From Eledone cirrhosa (Eukaryota): a stretch of DNA of 64,000 bases. The translations under genes and the position numbers were made by a program. The DNA lies in contig OZ024743.1 of assembly GCA_964016885.1 (NCBI GenBank), positions 231,136,001-231,200,000 on the forward strand, given 5' to 3'. The notes below the pieces were generated by a model. The model searched no databases. It was not told the DNA's origin and saw nothing but the letters and a program-made list of their open reading frames with translations. Below are positions 13,301-26,020 of this stretch, piece after piece; positions within the stretch are counted from its first letter, which is position 1; each line of letters starts with the position of its first letter.

Positions 13301-15800
13301 GTGTTGTTGTTGTTGATGGTCTTGTTGTTGTTGTTGTTGATGGTCTTATTGTTGTTGTTGTTGAGTGTCTTGTTGTTGTTGTTGTTGATGGTCTTGTTGT
13401 TGTTGTTGTTGATGATCTTGTTGTTGTTTTTGATGGTCCTGGTGTTGATGTTTTTGTTGTTGTTGTTGTTGTTGATCATTTGTTGTTGTTGTTGATGATC
13501 TTATTGTTGTTGTTGTTGATGGTCTTATTGTTGTCGTTGTTGATTGTCTTGTTGTTGTTGTTGATGGTCTAGTTGTTGTTGTTGATGATCTTGCTGTCGT
13601 TGTTGATGGTCTTGTTATCGTTGTTGTTGATGTCTTCTTGTTGTTGTTGTTGATGGTCTTGCTGTTGTTATTGTTGATGATCTTGTTATCGTTGTTGCTG
13701 ATGGTCTTGCTATTGTTGTTGTTGATGATCTTGTTGTTGTTGTTGATGATCTTGCTGTCGTTGTTGATGGTCTTGTTATCGTTGTTGTTGATGGTCTTGT
13801 TGTTGTTGTTGTTGATGGTCTTGCTGTTGTTGTTGTTGATGGTCTTCCTGTCGTTGTTGTTGATGGTCTTGCTGTTGTTGTTGTTGATGGTCTTGTTATC
13901 GTTGTTGTTGATGGTCTTGTTGTTGTTGTTGATGGTCATGTTGTTGTTGTTGTTGATGGTCTTGTTGTTATCGTTGTTGTTGATGGTCTTGTTGTAGTTG
14001 TTGTTGATGGTCTTGCTGTTGTTGTTGTTGATGGTCTTGCTGGTGTTGTTGTTGATGGTCTTGCTGTTGTTGTTTGTGATGGTCTTGCTGTTGTTGTTAT
14101 TGATGGTCTTGTTGTTGTTGTTGTTGATGGTCTTTTTGTTGTTGTTGTTGTTGTTGATTGTCTTGGTGTTGATGTTGTTGATGCTCTTGTTATTGTTGTT
14201 GTTGATGGTATTGGTGTTGTTGTTGTTGATTGTCTTGGTGTTGTTGTTGTTGATGGTCTTGTTGTTGTTGTTGTTGATGGTCTTATTGTTGTTGTTGAGT
14301 GTCTTGTTTTTGTTGTTGTTGATGTTCGTGTTGTTGTTGTTGATGATCTTGTTGTTGTTGTTGTTGATGGTCTTGGTGTTGTTGTTGATGGTCTTTTTTT
14401 GTTGTTGATTGTCTTGTTGTTGTTGTTGTTGATGTTCTTTTTGATGTTGTTGTTGATGGTCTTGTTGTTGTTGTTGTTGATGGTCTTGTTGTTGTTGTTG
14501 ATGGTCTTTTTGTTGTTGTTCATTGTCTTGTTGTTGTTGTTGTTGTTGTTGATGGTCTTGTTATTGTTGTTGTTGATGCTCTTGTTGTTGTTTTTGTTGA
14601 TGATATTGGTGTTGTTGTTGTCGTTGATGGTCTTGATATTGTTGTTGTTGATGGTCTTGCTGTTATTGTTGATGGTCTTGTTGTTGTTGCTGTTATGGTA
14701 TTGCTGTTGTTGTTGTTGTTGATGGTCTTGCAGTTGTTGTTGTTGATGGTCTTGTTTTGTTTTTTGTTGATGGTCGTGTTGTTGTTGTTGATGGTCTTGT
14801 TGTTGTTGTTGATGGTCTTGTTGTTGTTGTTCTTTTTGTTGTTGATGGTCTTGTTATTATTGTTGTTGTTGAGTGTCTTGTTCTTGTTGTTGTTGATGGT
14901 CGTGTTGTTGTTGTTGTTGTTGATGATCTTGTTGTTGTGGTTGTTGATATTCTTGGTGTTGTTGATGTTTGTGTTGTTGTTGTTGATGATTTATTGTTGT
15001 TGTTGTTGATGATCTTATTGTTGTTGTTGTTGATGGTCTTGTTGTTGTGGTTGCTGATGGTCTTGTTGTTGTTTTTGATGGTCTTGTCGTTGTTGATTGT
15101 CTTGTTGTTGTTGTTGTTGATGGTCTTGTAATTGTTGTTGTTGATGGTCTTGTTGTTGTTGTTGATGGTCTTGCTGTTGTTGTTGATGGTCTTGTTGTTG
15201 GTGTTGTTATGGTATTGCTGTTGTTGTTGTTGTTGATGGTCTTGCTGTTGTTGTTGTTGATGATCTTGTTGTTGTTGTTGATGGTCTTGTTGTTGTTGTT
15301 GTTGATGGTCTTGTTTTGTTTTTTGTTGATGGTCTTGTTTTTGTTGTTGATGGTCTTGTTGTTGCTGTTGATGGTAGTGTTATTGTTGTTGTTGATGGTA
15401 GTGTTGTTGTTGCTGTTGATGGTCTTCCTGTTGTTGTTGTTGATTGTCTTGGTGTTGTTGTTGCTGATGGTCTTGCTATTGTTGTTGAAGATGCTCTTAT
15501 TGTCGTTGTTGTTGATGTTCTTGGTGGTGTTGTTGTCGATGGTCTTGATATTGTTGTTGTTGATGTTCTTTTTGTTGTTGTTGCTGATGGTCTAGTTGTT
15601 GTTGTTGTCGTTGTTGTTGATGGTATTGTTGTTGATGGTCTTGCTGTTGTTGTTGTTGATGTTCTTGTTGTTGATAGTCTTGTTGTTGTTGTTTTTGATG
15701 GTCTTGTTGTTGTTATTTATGGTCTTGCTGTTGTTGTTGTTGATAGTTTTGTTGTTGTTGTTGATGGTCTTCTTGTTGTTGTTGATGGTATTGATGCTGT
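7303..15800. repeat. 8.5 kb minisatellite, unit GATGGTCTT(GTT)3-6 (~18-27 bp)
   Basis: Hundreds of variant units; produces the LMVLLLL / DGLVVVV / RPSTTTT pseudo-ORFs. Confidence 0.95.
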
Positions 15801-16320
15801 TGTCGTCGGTGATGTCGTTGCTGTTCTCCTCGACGATGTTGTTTTCATTTTTGTTGTCGTTGATATTGTTGTCGCCATAATTATCGTCGTGTTTGTCAAT
15901 GTTGTTGCCGTTGTTGTTGCTGATGTTGTCGTTAATGGTGATGATGATGTTATTACAATTAGTGTAAATTACGTCATCGTTGTAATCCTCCATGTTGTTG
16001 TCACTCTCGTTGTCGCAGTTGATATTGTCGTTATTTTTATTGTTGCTTTTGCTGTTGTTGATGCTGCGATGGGGGTGGTGGTCGTGTTGGTGATGGTGGA
16101 GATCGTGGTGGTTGTGGTGGTCGTTGTTTTGGTGGTGGTGGTGGTGGTGATGGTGGTTGTGTTGGTGGTGTTGGAGATGCTGGTGGTTGTCGTGGTGGTG
16201 ATAATGATGGTTTTGGTGGTGGTGATGGTGGAGATGGTGATGAATGTGATGGAGGTGGTTGTGGTGTTGGTGAAGGAAATGGTGGTGGACGTGATGGTAA
16301 TGATGGTGGTGGTTGCCATT
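15800..16320. repeat. Decayed GTT/GGT/GAT triplet low-complexity tract
   Basis: Directly visible. Confidence 0.8.
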
Positions 16321-16614
16321 GGAAAATTAACTAAATCCACCAGTAAGATTACATTATTATTACATGGTGATAATTTAATTATGTCTTTTGAGCAGAATTA
16401 TAATTAATGCTGGATCGCATTATTCATTTCCTTGTTTTGTTTTGTTCTTTTTTCCCTTCCTTCATTCTTTCCTCTTCTCTCGTATTCCTCGCCTGCCACG
16501 ACCACCTCTTGATAACTGTGTTTTGACAAATTACTGGGCTATTAACAGGAGAATATAAAATGAGAAATAATGACGATGAAGATATAGTTACAACAAAAAT
16601 AACAACACCAAATG

Positions 16615-16668
16615 CTACTACTACTACTACTACTACTATTACTACTACTACTACTACTACTACTACTG

Positions 16669-16757
<89 letters not shown>
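16615..16757. repeat. (CTA)n(TAA)n microsatellite
   Basis: Directly visible; forms the 5' flank of the R4/Dong copy. Confidence 0.95.
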
Positions 16758-16758
<1 letters not shown>

Positions 16759-18571
16759 TTTCAGGGTGACTCTTTATCACCGCTTTTATTCTGCATTGCA
16801 CTTATACCATTAAGTAAAATGCTCAATGAAACAAAACATGGATATAAAGTCTATGACAAAACCATTAATCACTTGTTCTACATGGATGACCTGAAACTAT
16901 TTGCAAAAAATGATGAACAATTGCAAGGGCTATTATCCACTGTGGAGCAGTTCAGTGATGACATTAAAATGGCGTTTGAACTGGATAAATGCGCTAAAGC
17001 AACGTTCACCAGAGGAAAGCTGCTGAAAAGTTCAGGCATTAATCTTGATCGAGGGAATGTGATAAGAGAACTTGATCAAGAGGAAACTTACAAATATCTA
17101 GGTGTTTGTGAAGGAGACGGAATCAAGCACTCGACAATGAGGGAAGGGATAAGGAAGGAATGTTACCGCAGAGTAAGAGCAATCTTAAGAACAGAATTGA
17201 ATGCAAAGAATAGGATCTATGCCATAAACACGCTTGCCATACTAGTTGTAACCTACAGTTACAATGTCATCAACTGGTCAAGCACAGAGATCCGTAGGCT
17301 CGATACAAACATTCAAAAATTCTTAACCATGCACAGAATGCATCACCCTAAGGCAGATACAGATAGAATATATCTCCCTAGGAAAGAAGGAGGACGTGGG
17401 TTAATCCAGTTAGACATTGCGTTGAAAACTGCAACAATTGGATTATCTACATATCTAAGGGAATCACATGATTGTGTGATCAAACTCGTTTTGAAACACG
17501 AACGCATCAAAAGATCATACTCCATTACAAGAGATGCACAAAGATACAGTAATGGATTACACATTTCAGAAGTCCCATTTACTGCTGAAATGGAAAACAC
17601 AGAAAAAGCAAAGCAGGTAAAAGTAACTGCAAAGAAAGAACTGCTACAGAAACTGGCTAAGAAATGGCAAGAAAAGCCTCTGTATGGAAAATACCCAGAA
17701 CGAGCTAACAATCCTGATGTTGACAAAACTTTAACCCATCAGTGGTTGGCATCCTCTGGACTGAAATCGGAGACTGAAGGACTAATTATATTAGCACAAG
17801 ATCAGTGTCTGCCAACAAAAAATTACCAAGCCAACATAATAAAAAATGGATGCAGCCCATTATGCGGTGTATGTAAAAAACAACCAGTGACCATTGACCA
17901 TATAATTTTATGTGCAGTCCTATAGCTCCAACCAAATACCTAAACAGGCATGACAGAGCTGCACAATACATACATTGGATAATGTGTAAGAATTTTGACC
18001 TGCCCCATCAAAAGAATTGGTGGGAGCATCAGCCACCTCCCATACTTGAAAAATATCACATCTCAATCTTGTGGAACTTTAGCATCCAAACAGACCGAAA
18101 AATAGATGCAAATAGACCTGATATAATATTGAAGGACTTTAAAAAGAGGGTATGCCTGATAATTGATATGTCCGTTCCAATAGACAATAATGTATCTATA
18201 AAAACATTAGAAAAATTGAGCAAGTATAAGGACCTGGAGATAGAAATTGGAAAAATGTGGAAATTGAGAACTAAAACAATACCAGTGGTTGTGGGCGCTC
18301 TGGGAATGATACCTAAGGGGTCTAATGATTACTTATCGCAAATCCCAGGAAACACGCGTATAGGAGAAATACAAAAGATAGGACTAATGGGAACTGCCCA
18401 TATACTAAGGAAGATTCTGTCAATATAAGTACATCACAAGTCTAAACACTAAAGATGCATGTGTGAGTATGTATGTTCTTTGTTGAACATGGCGGACCTT
18501 GTTGTCTCTTGAGGTCACTGGTTGTGACTTTGTGATAACTGGTATGAACATAAAGCAAGATAAATGCAACT

Positions 18572-18606
<35 letters not shown>
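16759..18606 (+). mobile_element. 5'-truncated R4/Dong-type RLE non-LTR retrotransposon
   Basis: RT motifs FQGDSLSP and YMDDLKL; CCHC CGVC..DHIILC; RHD; RLE RPDII..IIDMSVP..KY; frameshift near 17910; (TAA)n on both sides. Confidence 0.88.
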
Positions 18607-18608
<2 letters not shown>

Positions 18609-20583
18609 TTTTTTTACTGTCCACAAGGGCTGACATAAAAAAAAAACATTACAGACGGCTCAGGACGGTAAAGGAAGGTACGATGTGGGTTTTGTGCGTG
18701 TAAATATTTTTATTATTTATATAAGAAAAGAAAAAAAATAGGCCATAGAAACATATATATAAACAATAAAAATAAAAATTGAAACAATGAAAAATTCCAC
18801 AATAGGGGGGAAACCTCAGAGGGTTACTCGTGGCGAAAACCACACAAAAGACCACGGCCACTCTGACCACCAGGGCAAGCGCCCTCTCTCAATTTTTCCA
18901 TCTCTCAAACTACAAGCGTATATTCAGAGCGGTGCCGTTCATTCGGACTATTCTCGCTACATTCACCCACCTTTCAACAAACTTGCTAGAACAGCACTTG
19001 CCTCTCCACCCTGATTTTCCTCTTCAAGTTAAACTTGAAAAAGTTAATTAGGGAGAAGCCGAAGAGGAAAGTATCTGTCTTTAACCCTTTCAACCTTGTC
19101 CACCACACAATCTCTTTTGCCATGGCCACTAGACAGATGAAAACCGCCTGCCCTTCCTCCTCGAAGGAAGACGGCATGACCATCTGCACAATGGACTCAG
19201 TCGATAACCGGATCAATCCTACACGCGACAGCAACTGTTCGACATACCTCCACCAGTCAGCAATGTTCGGGCACTGAACGAGTGCGTGCACGACGGTTTC
19301 GTCGCTCTGCGCGCATCTCAGACAGGCTCGGCTGACGGCACTTCCGTGCCTGTAGAGATTGTCTCTGAAAGAGAGCTAACAGCTGATCTTCTTCGACGCC
19401 CAGGATCTCTCCGAGAACGTCGACATTCTTCCCCTCCACTAGACCTCTATAGAACGCCGAGGTGGATGTTCCACCGATACTGGTGCCCAACTGGCAGAGG
19501 GCAGTGGGCGCCTGGAGACATTCCAGTTTCCAAGCGCTATCCCTCGGTCTTTTTCTGACCCAGGACTGCAGCTCCGTCAAGGATTCGAGCTGTGGAAAAA
19601 CGTGCCTGGCCAACGGCGACCACACCTGTTCACCGACAAGGAAGCACCAGAGATTCCACAGCCACAGCGTATGTTTGCGCATCATCAGCCATGGCATGCC
19701 CGTTCCTTCACGCAAGATGTGTTGACAGCAGATGGATCGTCTGACCATGGTAGCGCGTCCCTTCCACAAAAGGCGGAAGAGGAGGCACTCCATTTTGGTG
19801 AGAGTTGGGCCGCGGTAAGGGACGAAGGTGAGGGGGTAGCAGATGACGGATGCGATGTACGCATTCGCCACCTCCGCTGGCCTTTCAGGGACAGCCTCCT
19901 CTCGGCCCATTTCTGGAGGAGGGAGGCCACCCTGCTCGTCACCTCGGTCCAGTTTTTCTCCATCTAGAGTTCCGGTCCGAACCAGACCACGTGCAATTTA
20001 ACCGGTCTGTCCGTCCAACGCCCCACGACGCTGTTGGACAGCATGGACTTGCCTCTCCAGGTGCCGAGCTGCAAGCCCACCGACTTTTCCTGGTTTATCT
20101 TTGCTCCTGTCACCGCTTCGTATACCTTGAGAGCGGTGCCGAGCATCTGAACGTGTCTGGTTGTTCGAGACCACCACGGTGACGTCGTCGGCGTAAGCCC
20201 ACTTGGATTTCCCTCATCCTAGTTCGCGTGGGACGCCCCTCATCGCCCCCATCTTGTGCAGTAACGGCTCGAGAGCCAATACGTACAAGAGGGACGAGAG
20301 GGGACAACCCTGCCGGACCGACCGCATGATGCTGAACGGCTGCGACAGGTGACCATTCACCCTCACAACTGAGCAGATGTCGCTGTACATCGCAGAAATC
20401 CAATATCTGAAAACGGGCTCGAAACCGGCTGCCTCGAGGACCGCCGCCAGGTAACGATGGCCGACCTTATCGAATGCTTTGGATTGATCCAAGTTGATCA
20501 GTGCCCCACCAGTGTCAGGTTCCTTAAACACCCTCTCTATGATGTATCGCATGAGAGGAGGTTGTCGTGTATGGATCTGTCCG
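18607..20583 (-). mobile_element. Tx1/L1-clade LINE, 5'-truncated and frameshifted (RT C-half to 3' UTR)
   Basis: LDQSKAFDKV, VRQGCPLS, YADD, zf-RVT; 3' UTR near-identical to 25715-26000. Confidence 0.9.
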
Positions 20584-20911
20584 GAATGTACCACTATTTC
20601 TGCTACTACTACTAGTACTAATACTACTACTAGTGCTGCTCCTGCTGCTACTACTGCTGCTACGACTGCTGCTTCTACTGCTGCGACTATTACTACTACA
20701 ACTATCATTATTACTAATGTTGCTTCCGTTAATGCTACTAAAATAATAATTGTGTTGATTATTAAACTAGCAATAATAATAATATATTAAATATTACTAA
20801 CGATGGCGATTACAATAATGATATAATTGATAACATTTATGATAAAAATGATGATAAAATACTGATTCTTCTTCTTCTTCTTCTTCTTCTATCATTATTA
20901 TTATTATTATT

Positions 20912-23900
20912 GTTGGTGAAGCCACGCTTCTTATCGCCTACAGTTTATTTTCAACGTTTTACCTCGTTTTCAACCGTTCTAAACCTTTTATTCAAGTTTT
21001 AAATTTGATAAAAATTTAGAAGAAGTGACCCACCTAATACAGGGGTTCACTCGTAAATAATAAAGCACCCCTTTACGGGGTGTTGTATTTGTGTAAAATT
21101 TGAAAAAAATGTTAACATGGATAACACAAGAAACAGAGAGAGCGCTGTGAGACAACACAGAGAGAGGGAGACTTTATCAGCATGTCAACAAGACAGCGTT
21201 CCAGCGGAGGTAAATATAAACGAAAATATTACAAAGGAAAAGAAGATTGTTACAGATTTAAAATTACCAAATATTTCTAACACAAACAACACCAACAATA
21301 ACACCAACAACAACACCTACAACAACACCATCAATAACAACAGCAACAACAAAAATAACAGCGGTAAGGTCGAGAACGACAATAACAATGACAATAACAA
21401 CAGCCACAACAACAATAATAGTAGGAACAGTATCAACAAAAACAACAATAATAACAACAGACATAATAACAGTAACAACAGCAACAGTATCAACGAAAAC
21501 AACAACAACAACACCAACAACTGTACCAACGAAAACATCAACAATGACAACGGTACCTGTAACATCGATCTCAGCACCACCAGTAAGACCAGTAGCGGCA
21601 GCAATAGTGGTGCTGCTGAAAAAGGGACCACTTCTTTTGCAGGTGTCGCCCGAAATATAGAGACAGTGTTAGTCACAGAGGAGGAGATGGCAGTCGCAAC
21701 AGCCATGGTGACAACAAGCGCCAATAGAGTCTCCCTGAAACCTCCACCCGATTTTTTCAAGGACCAGCAGCTACGGACGGTGGCTTACCGTACCGTAAAC
21801 AAAATCTCACATCGGGAAGAGAGAGCCACGGAGGCTCAAATCCAAAAGGCCTTGGGGTGCGTCTGGGCACGCAAATCCCACATCACTCGAGGCAGAAAGT
21901 ACGCCACAGTAGACGTATTTTTGCCACCGCCCAGGAAGCAAAGTCTCACTCTCTGGAAACCCTAAATAGTGGGGGAGATAGACTTGGTGCCCTCCTACTG
22001 CGGGCAGAAAATTGTGAGGCTCAAAGTGATCCAGGTCCCACCTGACGTGCCCATACCTTGGCTGGCCGCGTCTGTCCTTGCTGGAATCGAGGACATGACG
22101 AACATGCTGCAAGTAGAGACAATAGGGAGAAAGAACTGGCAAGGTATAGGTATGCAAACGCTTATACAAACTGACAAAGAATGTATCGACGCTATCACCG
22201 AGATCATAGACATCGAGGAAGGACTACAACTCCATATAAGCGTAGAAGGAAGTCGACCAAAATGTTATCTCCTGTGGGTCACCTCAGGGCCCTTTGCCCA
22301 CAGAAGACAGCGAAGAATAAGGCCCCTCTCCTTCCAATACCTGGTCCGCTGTAACCAAGAGCAGGGCAGGGAACAAACGCAGAAGCCTCTTCCACGGTGA
22401 GTAGGAGGGCAACGTTCGTGGCACCCGTACCAAGGCCACGGACAACTAAAGCAGAAGCATCAGTGGCGGCAACACCAATAGCTACATTTGAAGTAGCTAC
22501 ACCAGCAACAAAATTGCCGGAGAGGGATCCACTACCACAACCAACACCCGTGGAGCACATACCCCTCCCAGACGCCACGGAATTCGACATGGAGTTTGAG
22601 GCGGGAGTGAAGTGGCAAACGGTCTGCCACAACAAAGAAAAAAGAAAAAAACCCCTTAGATTCACCTTCCAAAAGCGAAGACACACAAAGAGGGGTAAAG
22701 GCAGCAAGGAACTTGCAGCAACACCACCACCATCACCACCACAAGCACCACTGAAAACAACAATCACACTACCACCAGAATCACCAAAAACACCAACAAC
22801 GCAAACAAAGCAAAACACACACACCAAACAGAACAAGAGGAAAACAGCAACAAAATCACCCCTCCCACCAAAAAGTACACATCCACAAACAAGGCAAAAA
22901 AAGAACTCATACAATATATAAAGCAGCACACACACATCACAGAAGAAAACTACTACACACCACCAACACGAAGAACTCTCCCTACAAACATAAGCATCAT
23001 TGAAATCTAAATAGAACAGTACAAACCTTTAAAACAAATATTCCCCAACACAGTTGGAGACTTCAGAGGGTCGGTTACCAAGAGGATATACACTGACATC
23101 ATCTTGGAAACACCCATGACCAGCGAAAGGGACGGTTCTACTGTCCCTTCACCACACGATCAAGGTAAGTGACCTTTCTCACTTGCCCCGTTTCTCATCC
23201 AACATGGCTGTACTCAGATTAGGCAGTATAAATGCACGTGGCCTGGGGTCATCTTTGAAGCAGGGTCACCTGCTCAACGACCTCAGCTAACTAAACATAT
23301 GTGAGACCAGAATCTCCGAAGCACGAGCCTTCGCACCGATCTTCGGCGGCTACGATGTATACGCATCTCCCAGCCATCCAGGATCGGGGGTGGGGTTGCC
23401 GTCCTTTTTCGGAGAGGCTTGGATCTCGCCATACGGGCCATCTTCCTAGACCCAGAAGGTAAGTCGGTGGTGCTGGACGTGAACGGCAGCGAAGGCAATG
23501 CTTTCAGGCTAGTAGCCGTCTACGCCCCAACAGGGGCAGGCCGGCCAGATTTCTTCAGAGGTCTAGAGACCTTTCTTGGAACGTCCCGCACTTGAGTGTT
23601 AGTGGGCGACTGGAACGGTATCTTGGATGCACGCTGGGTTAGTGAGGGGCTAGTGGATAGAGGAGGAGGGTGCAAGAGCCTCACCATCCTGCTCAGACGT
23701 TTTGAACAGTCTGACAGGTATCGACTGGATCACCCGAATGTGCCAATGTGGACATGGACAAACCGTATCGGGTCATCCAGATCGTATCTCGATAGGGTAT
23801 TCTACAGAGAACTAGATAAGGCAAGTATAAGTTGTCCACAATTTAAAATAGTCAACTACACAGACCCCAAATTTGTGATCTGTGAGACCGACATAGACAG

Positions 23901-26020
23901 ACTTCATAGACAAGGGCCCGGTTACTGGAAGCTGAACGCGTCTTTCTCGGCGCGCAAATCCTACAGAGACCGGATTACCGTATTAGTTAAGCGGGCGTTG
24001 ACGGGAGCGGTCGTCAACAACAGGTGGTGGTTCGCCCTGAAAAGGGCAATTAAAGTAGAGTAGATTAGGTTTAGCAAAGGACTAGTGATAGAGGAAAATA
24101 GAGTAGAGGGAGAGCTAGTCAGAAAGCTAGAAGTGGCGTTTAGGACAGGCATCGCAACCGACGTGCTTGCGGCGAGATTGGCACTCGACCAATTCTTCAA
24201 CGCAAAACACAAAGGCCGCGTTGTCAGAGCTAGAGCGCGTGCTCTGAAAGACGAGGGGACAAAAGCCGTCCAATGGGCCCGGGTGGCAGAGGCGCGACGT
24301 GGCAATAAAGCCACAATTCGGTCTTTATCTGACCAAAACGGGTGCGTGAAGCTCGAACCCGAGCGGATGTGTGAAGCTTTTCAGCAGCACTTTGCTGAAC
24401 TGTTCGGGAGCGGCGGCGGCCCGGATCGGGACATGGACTTCAGTGCATACCTCGACGGACTGCCTCGGCTCTCGACGACCGCAGCAGTGTTGCGAAAAGC
24501 CAATAACAGCCGGTGAAATACGGGAAGCGATGGCTAACTGCACAAGAGGTAAATCGCCAGGTTTAGATGGTCTGCAGATGGAGAAAAACTGGAACGAGGT
24601 GACGAGCAGGGTGGCCTCCCTCACCCAGAAATGGGCTGAGAGGAAGCTGTACCTGAAAGGCCGGGCGGGAGTGGCGAATGCGTACGTCGCATTCGTCATC
24701 TGCTACCGCCTCACTGTCGTCCCTTGCTCCAGCCCAACTCTCACCAAAATGGAGCGCCTCCTCTTCCTTTTTTTGTGGAAGAGACGCGCTCCCATGGTCG
24801 GACGATCCATCTGCTGTCAACACCCGTTGCGTGGAGGACTGGGCATGCCATGGCTGATGATGCGCAAACATGCGCTGAGGCTGCGACATCTCTGGAGCTT
24901 CCTTGATGGTGAACGGGTGTGGTCGCCGTTCGCCAGACACATTTTCCCACAGCACGTCTCCTTGACGGAGCTGCAGTCCTGGGTCAGAAAAAGACCGAGG
25001 GATAGCGCTTGGAAAATGAAATGTCTCCGGGCGCTCACTGCCCTCTCCCAGTTGGGCACCATTATCGGTGGAACATCCACCTCGGCGTTCTATAGAGGAC
25101 TAGTGGAGGGGAAGAGCGACGACGTTCTTGGAGAGATCCTGGGCGTTGAAGAAGATCAGCTGCTTGCTCTCTTCCGGAGAACTTTCAGCCCGGGGCCTAT
25201 GGATAACTTCCAAAAATCCCTGGCCTGGGACTGCTACTGGGGAGCGCTGCCGGTTCGAGATAAGCTCTACAGGCACGGAAGTGCGGTCAGCCGAGCCTGT
25301 CCGAGATGCGCGCATAGCGACGAAACCGTTGTGCACGCACTCGTTCAGTGCCCGAACATTGCTGACTTGTGGAGCTATGTCGAACAGTTGCTGTCACGTG
25401 TGGGACTGATCCGGTTGTCGACTGAGTCCATTGTGCAGATGGTCTCGTCGTCTTCCTTTGAGCAGGAAGGGCAGGCGGTTTTCATCTGCCTGGTGGCCAT
25501 GGCGATAGAGATTGTGTGGTGGACAAGGTTAAAAGGATTAAAGACAAACACTTTCCTCTTCGGCGAATCCATGATTAACTTTTTCAAGTTTCACTTGAAG
25601 AGGAAAATCAGGGTGCAGACGCATGTGCTACTTTCTAACAAGTTTGTTGAAAGGTGGGTGAATGTAGCGAGAATGGTCCGAGTGAACGGGACCACTCTGA
25701 ATATACGTCTGTAGTTTGAGAGATGGAAAAATTGAGAGGGCGCTTGCCCTGGTAGTCAGAGTGGCCGTGGTCTTTTGTGTGGTTTTCGCCACGAGTAACC
25801 CTCGGAGGTTTCCCCCCTATTGGGGAATTTTTCATTGTTTCAATTTTCATTTTATTGTTTATATATATATATGTTTTATGTCTTTTTTCTTTTCTTATAT
25901 AAATAATAAAAATATTTACAATCACAAAACCCACATCGTACCGTCCTGTTCCGTCTGTGATGTTTTTCTTGATGTCAGCCCTTGTGGCCAATAAAGAAAT
26001 CATTATTATTATTATTATTA
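20912..26020 (+). mobile_element. Near full-length Tx1/L1-clade LINE (ORF1, APE, RT deleted, zf-RVT)
   Basis: Asn-rich ORF1 from 21117; APE motifs VGDWN, SYLDRV, YTD; RT core missing at SPGLDGL|QMEKNW (~24575); ATCATTATTATT.. on both flanks. Confidence 0.9.

Noticed and set aside
7303-16407. Long poly-L, poly-V and poly-N ORFs as genes
   Set aside because: Several frames are open because of the triplet repeat; no unique domain
16612-16757. Poly-Leu/Ile N-terminus (signal or TM-like) of the 437-aa ORF
   Set aside because: Microsatellite read in frame into a truncated RT
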